Shown here piece by piece: positions 39,328 to 50,879 of a stretch of 64,000 nucleotides of DNA. This stretch comes from a virus. The stretch is from positions 64,001-128,000 of IMG/VR virus record IMGVR_UViG_3300027861_000011, one strand, 5' to 3'. Each line of letters begins with the position of its first letter. Within the stretch, counting starts at the first letter, position 1. A program made the position numbers and the translations under genes. The notes under the pieces were generated by a model, which saw nothing but the letters and a program-made list of their open reading frames with translations, did no database searches and was not told the origin of the DNA.

Positions 39328-42300
39328 ATGTCTGATAACATTAGAATAAGAACTACACCTGGTGATGGAATTAAGAGTGTAAATATTAATATAAATCAAA
39401 AATTTGATTTTATTGAGATTCTTTCACTTAAGATTTCGCAAGATGAAGCTTATAGAAGTTTTTGTTCTGATTATGGTGCAGTAGTAGGTAGAGTTATTGT
39501 TAATAACGGTGTAGGAGTACCAAACGCAAAGGTATCTATTTTCATACCTATTGATGATAACGATGCTATTGACCCAGAAATTCTTGGGTTATACCCATTT
39601 GAAGTAGTTACTGGAAAAGACTACAACGGAATAGGTTACAACTTATTACCAAGGAACGCAAGAGGTAAAGGTGATTGTTTTACACCTATCGGAACATTTC
39701 CATCAAAAAGAGAAATACAAGATAACCCAGAAGTTAGTTATATATATTGTAAGTATTATAAATATTCGACAACAACAAATAACTCTGGTGATTTCATGTT
39801 ATTTGGTGTTCCAGTAGGACCAAACTTTTTACATTGTGATGTTGATTTATCTGATATAGGTATACTTTCACAAAAACCTTATGAATTAATTAATGATGGT
39901 GCTAGTGAAAATTCATTTGCATCTCCAACCGAGTTTAGAAGTCGTGATGAAACTGTAAATTTAAACCAATTAAAAACAATATCACCTATAAGTGTTGATG
40001 TAGTACCATTTTGGGGTGATAAAGAACAATGCCAAGTTGGAATTAGTAGGGTTGATGTTGACTTAAAAACACAAATTATATCTACCGCAATATTTATGGG
40101 TTCTATTTTTAGCGATACTGAGAATGCCAGTATTAACAAGAGATGTAGACCTAAAAAAGCAATGGGTAATCAAGCTAAATTAGTTGCTGGCCCAGGTACA
40201 ATTGAAATGATTCGTAAAAGTTCTACGGGTCAAATATCAAGATATGATATAAATGGAGGTCAAAATATTGACGATGACGGGACATGGAGTTATTTAGTAC
40301 CAATGAACTTAGATTATAAGGTTACTTCTGAAGATGGCACAATGATACCATCAGATGACCCAACAATAGGTATTGCAACTAGAGCGAATGTTAGATTTAG
40401 AATTTCAATGGGTAGTAATGGTGCAGAAGGAAAACTAAGAAGTAGAGCAAAATATCTTGTACCTAATAACCCAGAACATCAAAATGATGTTGATTATAAT
40501 TTTGATGGAAGTACTAAACCAGAAAGTTTTGTTGATTTTTATTGGAATAAAATTTATACAGTTAAGAATTATATAGCCAGAGTCCAACCAAATAAATCTG
40601 TTGAAAATAGAAACTTTATAGGTATAAAGGATGTAGATGAAGGAGCGAACTCTCCGTTCCCATTTAATAGAATGGATAATTCAGTAAACCCAATTATTGG
40701 GGTTTTGTGTCTTATGTTTAGTATATTTTCGATGATAATATGTGCAATTAATAGTGTGTTAATAAATATTCTTAATCTAGTTCTTCTAATACTTAATGTA
40801 GTATTAGGGATTATTTGTGTTGTTTTAGCTGCTATTAGTGTTCTAGTTTGTGGTTTAGCTCATTTATTTTCGGAAGCTAAACGAAAATCATGTAGGTGTA
40901 GATTGTGTCTTGGACAACCCTGTACTAATGGTGATTGTTTTGGTGCCTGTTTAGATGGTATTCTACCCTATATACCATATATATCAGTAAGTTGCCCAGG
41001 TGACCCAGATGGGATGAATTACGCACCTTGTGGCTTTAAACTTCCTGGTTCTTGGCAAGCTACGGAAGACCTTTCCCAACAAAATAATGGAACTAGCTTT
41101 CATTATCCATTTGATGGCCACCCTGGTCATGATAACCCTACGGCTGGATGGATAGATTGTATGATGCTTGGACTCATGGAAGCCTGGAACGCATTCAAGT
41201 TTGATTTTTATAATGATTGGGTTAATGGTACACTATACTCCTTCTTATTTAAAGTTAAAAAAAGGAAGAAAGGTAAAGGTAAAATGAGATTCTGTGACAC
41301 TGATTGTGAAGACAATATTTTAGGTGTTGATAATAATGAAGATGGTCAAGCAGATACGACATGTCGTAAAAATTACGTTCTTGATTCTTGTACTAAAGTA
41401 CAACCAGACTCTTATACTGATAGTAGTGGAGATAAAAAAGGGGTTAATACTAAAACATATTATCAACTTAGAGAAGGATATATAAAGTTATATAAGGGTG
41501 AATTTTATTATTCGGCCATTTCTAAAAAAACTGGCGTGAGACTTTTTGCTACAGATATAGTTAATCTTGGTTCAATGGTTGATTGTGATTGGCAAGGAAT
41601 ACCTAAGTTTCAACAATATCTTATAGATACAACCCACAATAAACCACCATTACTTGCTGAGTATGATGGAGATGTAGTACCAACCGACCCAGCAAATATC
41701 GATGTGACTGGTTATGATACTAAATTACCTGGTGGAACTGGTGATGATAAGTTAATTGGAAATGTATGGTGTATAATTATGCATGCATCTATGGGGACAA
41801 CACCACAAACATGTATTAATGTGAGAAGGTTTTCAGAACTAGGTGTTGGTTTAGATGAAAATAGAAGTGAGGATATTCCTGGTGATTACGTTGATAATAA
41901 AATTACAAATAATGATGTTGATAATGCATTTGTTAGAGGTGCATTTCTTAATGCCAACACCCCCACCTCAACAAGTATACCTTTAGTTTATTTCGATGGT
42001 ATGACACCACCAGCTAATTACCCTACTAATAATTTTGGTTATGATGATGAGATAAATTATTCAGAATTCAGAGACCGAAAAATTGTAAAAAATTTAAAAG
42101 AACATGAAAATTCATTTTACTTTTATTTTGGTCTTAAACCTGGAAAAACTGCTTTAACAAAAATGAATAATCAATACTTTACGGAATGTATTCCATTTGA
42201 TGATAGGGATTTCTTTATTACTGGTACCATTGATACACCAGATAATGAAGACCCTCTAGGTCAAGGTCAATTAACTATTGAAATGATTAATGGTAAGCCA

Positions 42301-43635
42301 CCATTCCAGATTGAATGGGTAGGTCCAACAATTAGTGGAACCCTATATACAAACTCCCAATCTGGATATAATTCTATTACACAAACATTAAGTAATCTTT
42401 ATGTTGGTAGTTATAATGTAACGGTGGTAGATGATTTAGGTAATACAGCTCAGGGGGTGTTTTATGTTCCAGGTCCAGAACCTACAACATGTAATATACA
42501 ACCAACACCAGCATCTGCTAATGGTGTTTCTGATGGAACAATAAGTGTAAATATAAGTGGTGGTCAAATTCCGTTCACGATAAATATATATGAATCTGAC
42601 CCAGCTATACCAGGTGGTTTTGTTACAACTCCAACTGATACAGCTTCAATCACCTCAACTTCACATGTATTTAGTAATTTACCAGGTGATAATTATTATG
42701 TTGAGGTGATTGATTCTGGAACGCCAATAACAGAATGTAGTAATGATGTAGAAATAACAGAACCAAATGCTTTAATTGTAAGTATTAGTGGTAGTTCATC
42801 ACCATGTTACGGTGAGAATGCTGGTACTGCGACTTCATCAGTAAACGGTGGTACTACACCATATACAGTAGAATGGACAGATTCAAATAATAATAATGTT
42901 AGTAGTAATTTTACTGCTAGTAATTTAGGACCAGGCACTTATACTGCCTCAGTTACTGACTCTAGTAATCAAACTGGTGGAGGAACTTGGGTTGTAACCG
43001 AACCAGGAGACTTGACGTTTACTACTGGTTCTGATGATGTCACCTGTTTTAATCAAAATGATGGTATAATAGGTATTGGTTCCGTATTTTCAGATAATAC
43101 TGTTGAAATTACTGTTGAGGGTGGTGGTACTAACACTTACCAGGTAAATTCACCTGGTACTGGTAGCGACCACCTTTTTTATAATTTAATTGCTGACACT
43201 TACCAAATTAAACTTAGAGATATTATAACTGAATGTGAAAAGATAACTTCTTTAGTAATTAATGAACCAACATCTGAACTGACCGTTAGTATTATAGAGA
43301 CAGTTAACTCATTAACCGCTACAATAGTTGGTGGTTGGGGAAATGAACCAGGTGGTGAATATATTACAGAATGGCAAGTAAGTAATACCCAATATGGAAG
43401 TTATAGCGCACCAAATCTAAATATGTTAGACCCCTCTGTTTCAGCTTCCATAGCTGGGGAAGATGTGCCCCCTTATAGTAATAAAGTAAATTTAAGTCCT
43501 ACCGCTTACGTTCCAGTCGTCTTCCCCAAATGGTGGAGACTTAAAGTAACTGCAAAAAATCAAACTCACGAGACTAATGAGGGATGTACTAAATATAGTA
43601 GTCCAGTTGAACTAGTTGGAGCTTATGTTCCATAA
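39328..43635 (+). CDS. Large baseplate/fibre-associated protein with SprB-like repeats
   Basis: N-terminal GRVIVNNGVGVPNAKVSIF (carboxypeptidase-regulatory/Ig-like), internal hydrophobic Cys-rich segment, and C-terminal G(G/K)xxP(Y/F)xxxW repeats. Confidence 0.65.
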   Translation: MSDNIRIRTTPGDGIKSVNININQKFDFIEILSLKISQDEAYRSFCSDYGAVVGRVIVNNGVGVPNAKVSIFIPIDDNDAIDPEILGLYPFEVVTGKDYNGIGYNLLPRNARGKGDCFTPIGTFPSKREIQDNPEVSYIYCKYYKYSTTTNNSGDFMLFGVPVGPNFLHCDVDLSDIGILSQKPYELINDGASENSFASPTEFRSRDETVNLNQLKTISPISVDVVPFWGDKEQCQVGISRVDVDLKTQIISTAIFMGSIFSDTENASINKRCRPKKAMGNQAKLVAGPGTIEMIRKSSTGQISRYDINGGQNIDDDGTWSYLVPMNLDYKVTSEDGTMIPSDDPTIGIATRANVRFRISMGSNGAEGKLRSRAKYLVPNNPEHQNDVDYNFDGSTKPESFVDFYWNKIYTVKNYIARVQPNKSVENRNFIGIKDVDEGANSPFPFNRMDNSVNPIIGVLCLMFSIFSMIICAINSVLINILNLVLLILNVVLGIICVVLAAISVLVCGLAHLFSEAKRKSCRCRLCLGQPCTNGDCFGACLDGILPYIPYISVSCPGDPDGMNYAPCGFKLPGSWQATEDLSQQNNGTSFHYPFDGHPGHDNPTAGWIDCMMLGLMEAWNAFKFDFYNDWVNGTLYSFLFKVKKRKKGKGKMRFCDTDCEDNILGVDNNEDGQADTTCRKNYVLDSCTKVQPDSYTDSSGDKKGVNTKTYYQLREGYIKLYKGEFYYSAISKKTGVRLFATDIVNLGSMVDCDWQGIPKFQQYLIDTTHNKPPLLAEYDGDVVPTDPANIDVTGYDTKLPGGTGDDKLIGNVWCIIMHASMGTTPQTCINVRRFSELGVGLDENRSEDIPGDYVDNKITNNDVDNAFVRGAFLNANTPTSTSIPLVYFDGMTPPANYPTNNFGYDDEINYSEFRDRKIVKNLKEHENSFYFYFGLKPGKTALTKMNNQYFTECIPFDDRDFFITGTIDTPDNEDPLGQGQLTIEMINGKPPFQIEWVGPTISGTLYTNSQSGYNSITQTLSNLYVGSYNVTVVDDLGNTAQGVFYVPGPEPTTCNIQPTPASANGVSDGTISVNISGGQIPFTINIYESDPAIPGGFVTTPTDTASITSTSHVFSNLPGDNYYVEVIDSGTPITECSNDVEITEPNALIVSISGSSSPCYGENAGTATSSVNGGTTPYTVEWTDSNNNNVSSNFTASNLGPGTYTASVTDSSNQTGGGTWVVTEPGDLTFTTGSDDVTCFNQNDGIIGIGSVFSDNTVEITVEGGGTNTYQVNSPGTGSDHLFYNLIADTYQIKLRDIITECEKITSLVINEPTSELTVSIIETVNSLTATIVGGWGNEPGGEYITEWQVSNTQYGSYSAPNLNMLDPSVSASIAGEDVPPYSNKVNLSPTAYVPVVFPKWWRLKVTAKNQTHETNEGCTKYSSPVELVGAYVP

Positions 43636-43642
43636 TAAAAAT

Positions 43643-45364
43643 ATGAAAAGGTTAAAACATAAATTAAATGAATTTAAATCAAAATCTGACGTAAATAAAG
43701 AAATTTTTACTAAGGTTGATTTTTTTGGTGAACAAATGCTTTTACCACCAGGAGAGATTAATCATATAGTAGACGTTGGTAAAGAATTCGAAAAGGAACG
43801 TAAGGAATCAAGTATTTATAGGATTAAAGGTACGATAACACCCCTATTCAGTAATCCATTAATGAATATGAACACAGACCCAGAACCAACAGGCATCTTT
43901 GGTTCAAGTTTTATTTCTAATTCTGGAAATGGTTTAGATATTTTTAATAATGACTTATTTAAATTAGACCCAAATGATAATGACTTTGTTGGTAAACCAA
44001 CCCTAACATATGCAGAATCTTATGAAAATAAATTAGCTGAATCTGACGGTTGGTTCGGATTTTATGAACCAGACATAACCAAGTTAGGTATATGTAGATT
44101 TTATGATATCGAACCAACTAGAGAAAGATTCGATTTAAGCTCATATAAAGAAAAGAATTGGGATATAACCATCACATACCCACACAGAAAAAATAATACC
44201 CATACGATAGTCCAAGATGGGTTATTAGTTATAGGTTCTGTTGAGGTCGAAGTTGGAGGTGTACCTATGACAGCAATTGCGACCTCAACATATCACGGTT
44301 TAAATAATGGTGATAAAGTCAGACTTACCAATATGCCAAATATACCTTATAATGGTGAATTCACAGTAGTTAGACGTGGATTAGATAATGGTGATTTAAA
44401 AGATAATTACTTTGTAATAAGACTTGACCCTTCAGTAGTTCCAATTGGTCCTTTGACTGGTAGAATGAAAAGAGTTGTAAATGGACAAGAATCTGAATAT
44501 TATATAAGGATGTTTAAAAAGTTATTAGAAATAGATGGGGATTATGAGATGTACCAATTAGCATTTAGTATTAATGTATTTAATGACCCTAATTATCAAT
44601 TTATAATTAATGAAGATATAGATATTGAGGGGTTAGTTGATAATTTAGGTAGACCACTTAGTGAGTTATATCTTACACTTATTAAAACTGATAGTGGTGG
44701 GGTTTTCCATAAGACTCAATCTGGATTTGATTTAGAATTTATTGCTGGAAATATTATTAATGATGTCTCAAATTCTAGACAAATAACATATGATACATCT
44801 ACCACACAAACACCACTAGAAAATAATATTATACCTGGTCCTGGTACGACTGAATTTTACGGTGATATTGTGGAGTATAATAAATTTGAATTAAGAGAAA
44901 AAATACTTTCAGACGTACTACATAGATTCAACACAACCAATAGAGAGATTAATTACACTAATGGTCTTGCAGATGGACCTAGAAGAGAAGGGTATTTATA
45001 CAACCCACATCATATAATTAAAATAAGAGAATTTTCATTATATATAGAACAAGGTGATATAAATACTATAGGTATTCCAGATTACGCTGAAGATTTAGGT
45101 GATGGTAGATGGCTTTGGAGAGATTTATTAGATATTGGTATATATGACGGAGAAGGTGACTTTTTAGATTACCCATTTACGAATGGGGTTCATTATTTGC
45201 ACCAAAATTATTGTTTTAAAACAATGAGGCAAGACCCATTTACATCATATGACCTATATTATGGTGGGTCATCATTAAGTGACCCCACATTTAACCCACG
45301 AGACCCAATAGGGGACCCAATAACGGATAGGTTTACAGTAAAACGAAGCGATAATGTTTGTTAA
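43643..45364 (+). CDS. Putative baseplate/tail structural protein
   Basis: Long ORF in the structural operon; ATG 43643 (MKRLKHK) preferred over 43616. Confidence 0.65.
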   Translation: MKRLKHKLNEFKSKSDVNKEIFTKVDFFGEQMLLPPGEINHIVDVGKEFEKERKESSIYRIKGTITPLFSNPLMNMNTDPEPTGIFGSSFISNSGNGLDIFNNDLFKLDPNDNDFVGKPTLTYAESYENKLAESDGWFGFYEPDITKLGICRFYDIEPTRERFDLSSYKEKNWDITITYPHRKNNTHTIVQDGLLVIGSVEVEVGGVPMTAIATSTYHGLNNGDKVRLTNMPNIPYNGEFTVVRRGLDNGDLKDNYFVIRLDPSVVPIGPLTGRMKRVVNGQESEYYIRMFKKLLEIDGDYEMYQLAFSINVFNDPNYQFIINEDIDIEGLVDNLGRPLSELYLTLIKTDSGGVFHKTQSGFDLEFIAGNIINDVSNSRQITYDTSTTQTPLENNIIPGPGTTEFYGDIVEYNKFELREKILSDVLHRFNTTNREINYTNGLADGPRREGYLYNPHHIIKIREFSLYIEQGDINTIGIPDYAEDLGDGRWLWRDLLDIGIYDGEGDFLDYPFTNGVHYLHQNYCFKTMRQDPFTSYDLYYGGSSLSDPTFNPRDPIGDPITDRFTVKRSDNVC

Positions 45365-46172
45365 TAATTATAAAATAAGAAGACCACATTTAAGTGGTAC
45401 AACTGAGATAAGTATTAATGTTCCATTTGGTCAAACACCATGGTTAGTTGACCAAACGGATATTATTAACAATAAATTTGTGAATGTTGAGGTTGAGAAT
45501 TCTATTAACCCTATACTTGATTATGAAAATGTTAGGTTTGTACCCATCATTACTATCAACAATAGTAACATACCTTGCGATACTGTTAACTATAAGTTAA
45601 ACATGTTAAGTAATGGTAGTTACCCATCTAACACCTATTGGAGTGATGTTGACTTTACACTTAATGACCTTGCATTAAAGAAAAATTCATATGTTAAAAC
45701 ATTTTTAAGGTTAGATTTTTATGACACTGATATCGGGACAAATCAAAGACTTTTATTTTTTAAAACTATTTTTCCAGAAATAGTAAATCTACCAAACCCC
45801 ACTATCTTTAATTTGTCATTTAATACGGGTAATACTCTTATAGATAGAAATTTAAGAGGTGAAGGATTTTTCCTTTATTATTTTAAAGAAGATGTACTAC
45901 CTACAGTACCTAAATATTTATATATGAAAGCTACATTTCTTAATGCTAAAAATGGTTCACAAACAAGCTTTATGTCATCAAACATAACGAATAACCCAAT
46001 TGATGAATTAGTTCAAGAAGGTAGTGGTTTATTATATACTAGATATATATTAAAGAGAGAAGTTGAAGGGTATTATTATGAGATTGATGACACCTACTCA
46101 CAGAACATAACTAAATTAACTAGTAGTGAAATTAATTATACAGTTAATTTATATGAAATAAGTGTATTATAA
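45354..46172 (+). CDS. Putative structural protein
   Basis: 272-aa ORF translationally coupled to its neighbours. Confidence 0.7.
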   Translation: MFVNNYKIRRPHLSGTTEISINVPFGQTPWLVDQTDIINNKFVNVEVENSINPILDYENVRFVPIITINNSNIPCDTVNYKLNMLSNGSYPSNTYWSDVDFTLNDLALKKNSYVKTFLRLDFYDTDIGTNQRLLFFKTIFPEIVNLPNPTIFNLSFNTGNTLIDRNLRGEGFFLYYFKEDVLPTVPKYLYMKATFLNAKNGSQTSFMSSNITNNPIDELVQEGSGLLYTRYILKREVEGYYYEIDDTYSQNITKLTSSEINYTVNLYEISVL

Positions 46173-47035
46173 TGGAGATAATAAAGAGAAAAATACTTTT
46201 AGAAGACTACACTAGTAGAGAGCAAGGTAGTTGGGGAGAACTAACCGCTTCAGCTTTCACTATGAATGTGTTCTTTACCCAAGATGCTGATGATATGGGT
46301 ATTTCAACAAACCTACCTTTCATAGCTAAAGATGGTACGTTACCAACATATCAACCACTACTTGATAAATTAAATTCTTCTGGATATTCATTTAATTTCA
46401 TGGCTGGTGCCACAACAAACATAATTGAAGATGGTACTTCACCAAACACAAGATATCCAGGTAAACTTAAGAATGCTTATTTTATAAATGGAATAAGGGT
46501 AACTGGTCTTACAGAAGATAAACTTTTTACGGTACAATCATATAATAATACAATGCCATATATCCCACTATTTAATATTACTGAAGGGAGTTATTTAGAT
46601 TTTGAGGGTAATCCTTACCAGGGCGGTACAAGAGTAATACAAAATAGTAATGAAAACCCGATATCTTATATTATTGATGGTGATGTTACTGAAATTATTA
46701 ATCTTAATAACCCATATCCAGATTTAGGTATTTTATATAAGAGCTATAGTGGTTTAACAAGAACGGATTATCTGTATGCATTAAACGGGTCTATGCCAAT
46801 AACTGAATTATATTACAAATCTCAAGGATTTAATAATACAAATACCATTCTATCAGCTGAAACAAAAGAGGAATATCTATTTGGTATAACCTCATCACCT
46901 ACAGTTGAAAGTGATTTATTCATTGATAGAGGTATAACCAGTGTTATTCAGAGTCATATGCAATTAGGTGAGGTAGTAACTATGAGGGAATTAATAAATT
47001 ATGGTAATGGATATTATGAAATACAAATTACTTAA
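46172..47035 (+). CDS. Putative structural protein
   Basis: TAATG coupling; C-terminal FIDRG...LGEV...YGNGYY. Confidence 0.7.
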   Translation: MEIIKRKILLEDYTSREQGSWGELTASAFTMNVFFTQDADDMGISTNLPFIAKDGTLPTYQPLLDKLNSSGYSFNFMAGATTNIIEDGTSPNTRYPGKLKNAYFINGIRVTGLTEDKLFTVQSYNNTMPYIPLFNITEGSYLDFEGNPYQGGTRVIQNSNENPISYIIDGDVTEIINLNNPYPDLGILYKSYSGLTRTDYLYALNGSMPITELYYKSQGFNNTNTILSAETKEEYLFGITSSPTVESDLFIDRGITSVIQSHMQLGEVVTMRELINYGNGYYEIQIT

Positions 47036-47129
47036 TACTTATATAGAAAGAAAATTATATAAAATTATAGTATTTATAAAATAAGAATTAAATATTCTAT
47101 AACAATAAAAGAATTAAAAAGAATTAATT

Positions 47130-48041
47130 ATGGCAAGTGGAACATACGGTACAGTAAGACCAGCAGATTTATCACCAAGTGATGTTGAGATAACAGTGTT
47201 TTATTCACAAAATAGAGAAACTGAGAACACAAATGTATTTAAATTACCTTCATCTAATTTAACTTCAATTAACAACCCATCTAATACTAACGGATTTGAG
47301 ACGTTTGGTGGTCTTTATACTCTTAGATTACCCATTACTGATTTTAGTTCTAAAGGAATTTACACTATTGTATTTAAACCACTTGAGATAAGAACTAAGG
47401 TCATTGATTGCGGTGTATTAGCTGCATATCCAGATATTAAGGGAATTCTTTTCGATACTTCAGACCCAGGACTAGCCACTGTTGCGGATAAATTCGAAAA
47501 TAATAACCTTACAGGGTATAGAGTAGAGTATTTAGATACTAATAGTGGGGCCATTGACAAAAAGATGAAAAATCTTTTTAGACTTATCACATCTAACAAT
47601 AGAGCTGAACCAGTTAGTCAAAATCTTACAAATACAAATCAAAAAGCTATTAGATATAGATTTAACGATAATTCTACACTTGTGTTTTGTACAATGACAC
47701 CATCATCATCTACTAATGTTAAACCAAACGTTTTACCATTTATTGGTGTACCAAATCAAGACGTAATTATAACAAATACGCTTTTCACACCATTCGTTAT
47801 GGAGATTGAATTAGTTGAGTACGATATTGAAACACTTGCCATTGGTATGTTCGGTAATCAAGCGAAGGGTCTTGAAAATGGAGTTTACACAGTTTATAAC
47901 TTTAACTCCGATATTTATAAACAATATAATCTTTATGAGATTAAAGATAGGTTTACTGGTAAACCATTATTTGAGATTAAAGAAAACAGGAACAATAATA
48001 TTGACTTTTCACAAAATTTTAATGACATATCAAACGTATAA
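47130..48041 (+). CDS. Putative structural protein
   Basis: 303-aa ORF with late-type TATTTATA at 47071. Confidence 0.7.
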   Translation: MASGTYGTVRPADLSPSDVEITVFYSQNRETENTNVFKLPSSNLTSINNPSNTNGFETFGGLYTLRLPITDFSSKGIYTIVFKPLEIRTKVIDCGVLAAYPDIKGILFDTSDPGLATVADKFENNNLTGYRVEYLDTNSGAIDKKMKNLFRLITSNNRAEPVSQNLTNTNQKAIRYRFNDNSTLVFCTMTPSSSTNVKPNVLPFIGVPNQDVIITNTLFTPFVMEIELVEYDIETLAIGMFGNQAKGLENGVYTVYNFNSDIYKQYNLYEIKDRFTGKPLFEIKENRNNNIDFSQNFNDISNV

Positions 48042-48044
48042 TAA

Positions 48045-50786
48045 ATGGCTGAAAGTAATAAAATAAAGGTAATAGGTTATGCACAAAGAGTATTCTATAA
48101 CGATGGTATCGAGTATAGAAATTTTAGTGATGATTTAGTAGGTAATCAACAGACTAATAATGGAGATGGTGGTAGCTCTGTTTTTACCTTTGGTAATTTT
48201 GTTACAACAACAAATTACGAAGGAAAAGTAAGTAGATTATATAGTACTAAAAAATTCGGTGATTTTTATTGTCTTGAAAACATGGAGCTAAATCTAGAAA
48301 GGGCTCAGTTGTTACTTAATAATAATGTTAATGTAACATTAAACTTAGATAATACTAACTTATGTAATTTTGCTTATTTTGGTTCATCTACTGAATTCGT
48401 TAGAGTTAGTCTTGAAAATATAATTACTAATTGGCCAGCATCACTTTATCTAACCCCTACTAGAGAAACAGATTTAAATACTCTTGTTGGTGATACCGTA
48501 ATAGATTATTCTTACGACAATAACTTTAATAAAGGAACATTCAAAGTTGATACGGATTTTATTGATAATAAGTTCGACATTAATTATAAAAAAAATGGTG
48601 AAATAATTGATACATTTAATGAGGGTAATGATTTAAGAAACCTTACAGTTAATTTTAGTAATTATGTTATATTATTTAATGAAACAGAATACCCAATAAT
48701 TGGGTTCACTGCATCTACATACGAAAGAAATGATTTCATAAGCTTTGAAGTTATTGGTAATCCATTTACAAATATTAATAGTGGCTCAACTAAATCAATT
48801 TATCACATTAAACCCAAGAAGGAATTAGAAGAACAATTCTTCAATTCACTTGCCCCATTTGAAAATAACCTTTTAAGTAGACTTACTTCTCCTAAGTATA
48901 CCTCTAAGTACGAATATAAACAAGAATCTGATAGTGGAGTAATTAATAATAAACGACAAGTACTTACCTGGCCAGTTACCGATGGTTATAATATTGATTT
49001 CGATACTACTAATTACATTACCTACGTTACATCTTTACTTGATATAACTACAGCAAAGGATGGGACTGAAACTGACCTTATAACTAGATTCCTTACATCT
49101 GAATCTATATCCGATTTTGATACAGTACCAATATGTGATGGAACAGAAGAAGAACATGCTGGACAGAAAATGAATAAAACTCTTAAGATTTATGGTAGGG
49201 AGTTTGATGAAATTAAAAAATACATTGATGGTATCTCATTTGCTAATGTAGTATCTTACGATAAGAAGGAAAACACACCAGACCAACTAGTTAAATACTT
49301 AGCTAGAATACTAGGTTGGGGGTTAACATCATCAATAGTTGATAATGGACTTATTAGCACATATTTAAATGTTAGCTCAAGAACGTATCCAGGTTATAGT
49401 AGAGGTCTCACATCAAATGAAGCTGAAATAGAGCTTTGGAGAAGGCTTATCCTTAATTCTGCGTGGATTTGGAAGTCTAAAGGTACTAGGAAGTCTATTG
49501 AGTTCTTTTTTAACCTTATAGGGACTCCAGATGGTCTTATTAACTTCCAGGAATATGTTTATGTGGCTGATGAACCTATTGATATGGATTTATTCTATAG
49601 TGTTTTAGAATATAATCAACTTAAAGATGATTTAAATCTTTATAATGTGGATTCTGACGGATACCCTAAGTTTTTTAGAGACACCTCAGACATGTACTTT
49701 CAAAAAGGTGGTCAATGGTATAGACAAACTGCTGGAAGTGGTGCAACACAATACGTTCTAGAAGGTAATAATCCACATGTTGGACCTTATGACGGTGGTA
49801 AAGAGTATATTGCACAATTAGAAAATATTATCCCTAATTTTAGTGCTTTTACAATTACATCAACAACTATTACTACTGGAACAACACAAATTTTCACAAA
49901 TTATAATAGTGGTTTATTCAATCAATATACTGGTGATACATATGTTGATTTACAAAACGATAATGGTATTGATTTAACGGATATTGTATCACTTAATGTT
50001 AGCATAATAGATGACCCATGCCCCATGGTCGAAAAAACAGAATGTGGATGTGATATTCCAGAAGATGATGAAGCACTTTTAATTTATGTAATTGCAGATG
50101 ATTTATCACAATTGCAATTAGGAGAAAAATGTGATGATTTATTCTCTAATTATAGTTACAACGGTAAATATGGTTTTTGGGTTTTTGATTATATATTATA
50201 CGACCAATACGGTGTCGAATCTATTAATGTTAAAAAAACACCTTTCGTATCTCAAGAATGTTGCGATACACTTGTGGGTGGACATTCATATTACGCTGAA
50301 GATTACACCAGCATTCCACCAAAAGTTGAAGGTGAAGAGTCAACGTGGGAATTATATAATTCTGGTTATTTTTGTTGTGAATCACTAGGTATAACTAAAG
50401 ATTTTAGCAAAGAAGGTTGTGGATGCTCAATATCATGTCAATGGATTTTAGCTGGGCCTAGTCTTGCTGATATGTGGATTGACACCGCAGATAACTACGC
50501 ACCTTATTTAAAGTTTATTGACCCAGCTGGAAATGAAAGAGTAGTTAATAAAGCTGATTCCTGTTTCTGTCCATTAAATTATTCAGTACCATCTATTATT
50601 ACAGACCCCTTTACTGGTGAAGAAGGTTATGGATGTAAAATGAATGATGAAGCTGTAGCGGTTATGGTAAATACCCCAGTAATTACTAATGGACTTTATC
50701 AAATATTTTTACAAAGAGCTTATGGACAGATTGATTGTAAATCAGATGTTGCACAGCCAGTCAGTGACCTAGAGAGTGGAAATTAG
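48045..50786 (+). CDS. Baseplate wedge protein (gp7 / P2 gpI-like) with Cys-rich C-terminus
   Basis: TPDQLVKYLARILGW and IWKSKGTRKSIEFFF resemble the wedge 'LxxLA...KGT' signature. Confidence 0.6.
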   Translation: MAESNKIKVIGYAQRVFYNDGIEYRNFSDDLVGNQQTNNGDGGSSVFTFGNFVTTTNYEGKVSRLYSTKKFGDFYCLENMELNLERAQLLLNNNVNVTLNLDNTNLCNFAYFGSSTEFVRVSLENIITNWPASLYLTPTRETDLNTLVGDTVIDYSYDNNFNKGTFKVDTDFIDNKFDINYKKNGEIIDTFNEGNDLRNLTVNFSNYVILFNETEYPIIGFTASTYERNDFISFEVIGNPFTNINSGSTKSIYHIKPKKELEEQFFNSLAPFENNLLSRLTSPKYTSKYEYKQESDSGVINNKRQVLTWPVTDGYNIDFDTTNYITYVTSLLDITTAKDGTETDLITRFLTSESISDFDTVPICDGTEEEHAGQKMNKTLKIYGREFDEIKKYIDGISFANVVSYDKKENTPDQLVKYLARILGWGLTSSIVDNGLISTYLNVSSRTYPGYSRGLTSNEAEIELWRRLILNSAWIWKSKGTRKSIEFFFNLIGTPDGLINFQEYVYVADEPIDMDLFYSVLEYNQLKDDLNLYNVDSDGYPKFFRDTSDMYFQKGGQWYRQTAGSGATQYVLEGNNPHVGPYDGGKEYIAQLENIIPNFSAFTITSTTITTGTTQIFTNYNSGLFNQYTGDTYVDLQNDNGIDLTDIVSLNVSIIDDPCPMVEKTECGCDIPEDDEALLIYVIADDLSQLQLGEKCDDLFSNYSYNGKYGFWVFDYILYDQYGVESINVKKTPFVSQECCDTLVGGHSYYAEDYTSIPPKVEGEESTWELYNSGYFCCESLGITKDFSKEGCGCSISCQWILAGPSLADMWIDTADNYAPYLKFIDPAGNERVVNKADSCFCPLNYSVPSIITDPFTGEEGYGCKMNDEAVAVMVNTPVITNGLYQIFLQRAYGQIDCKSDVAQPVSDLESGN

Positions 50787-50879
50787 TTTTTCAAGTGGAA
50801 TATGAATGATATAAATTAATAAATTATTGACTATTAAATAAAATAAACTATATTAAAATAATTATAATAAAATAAATAA

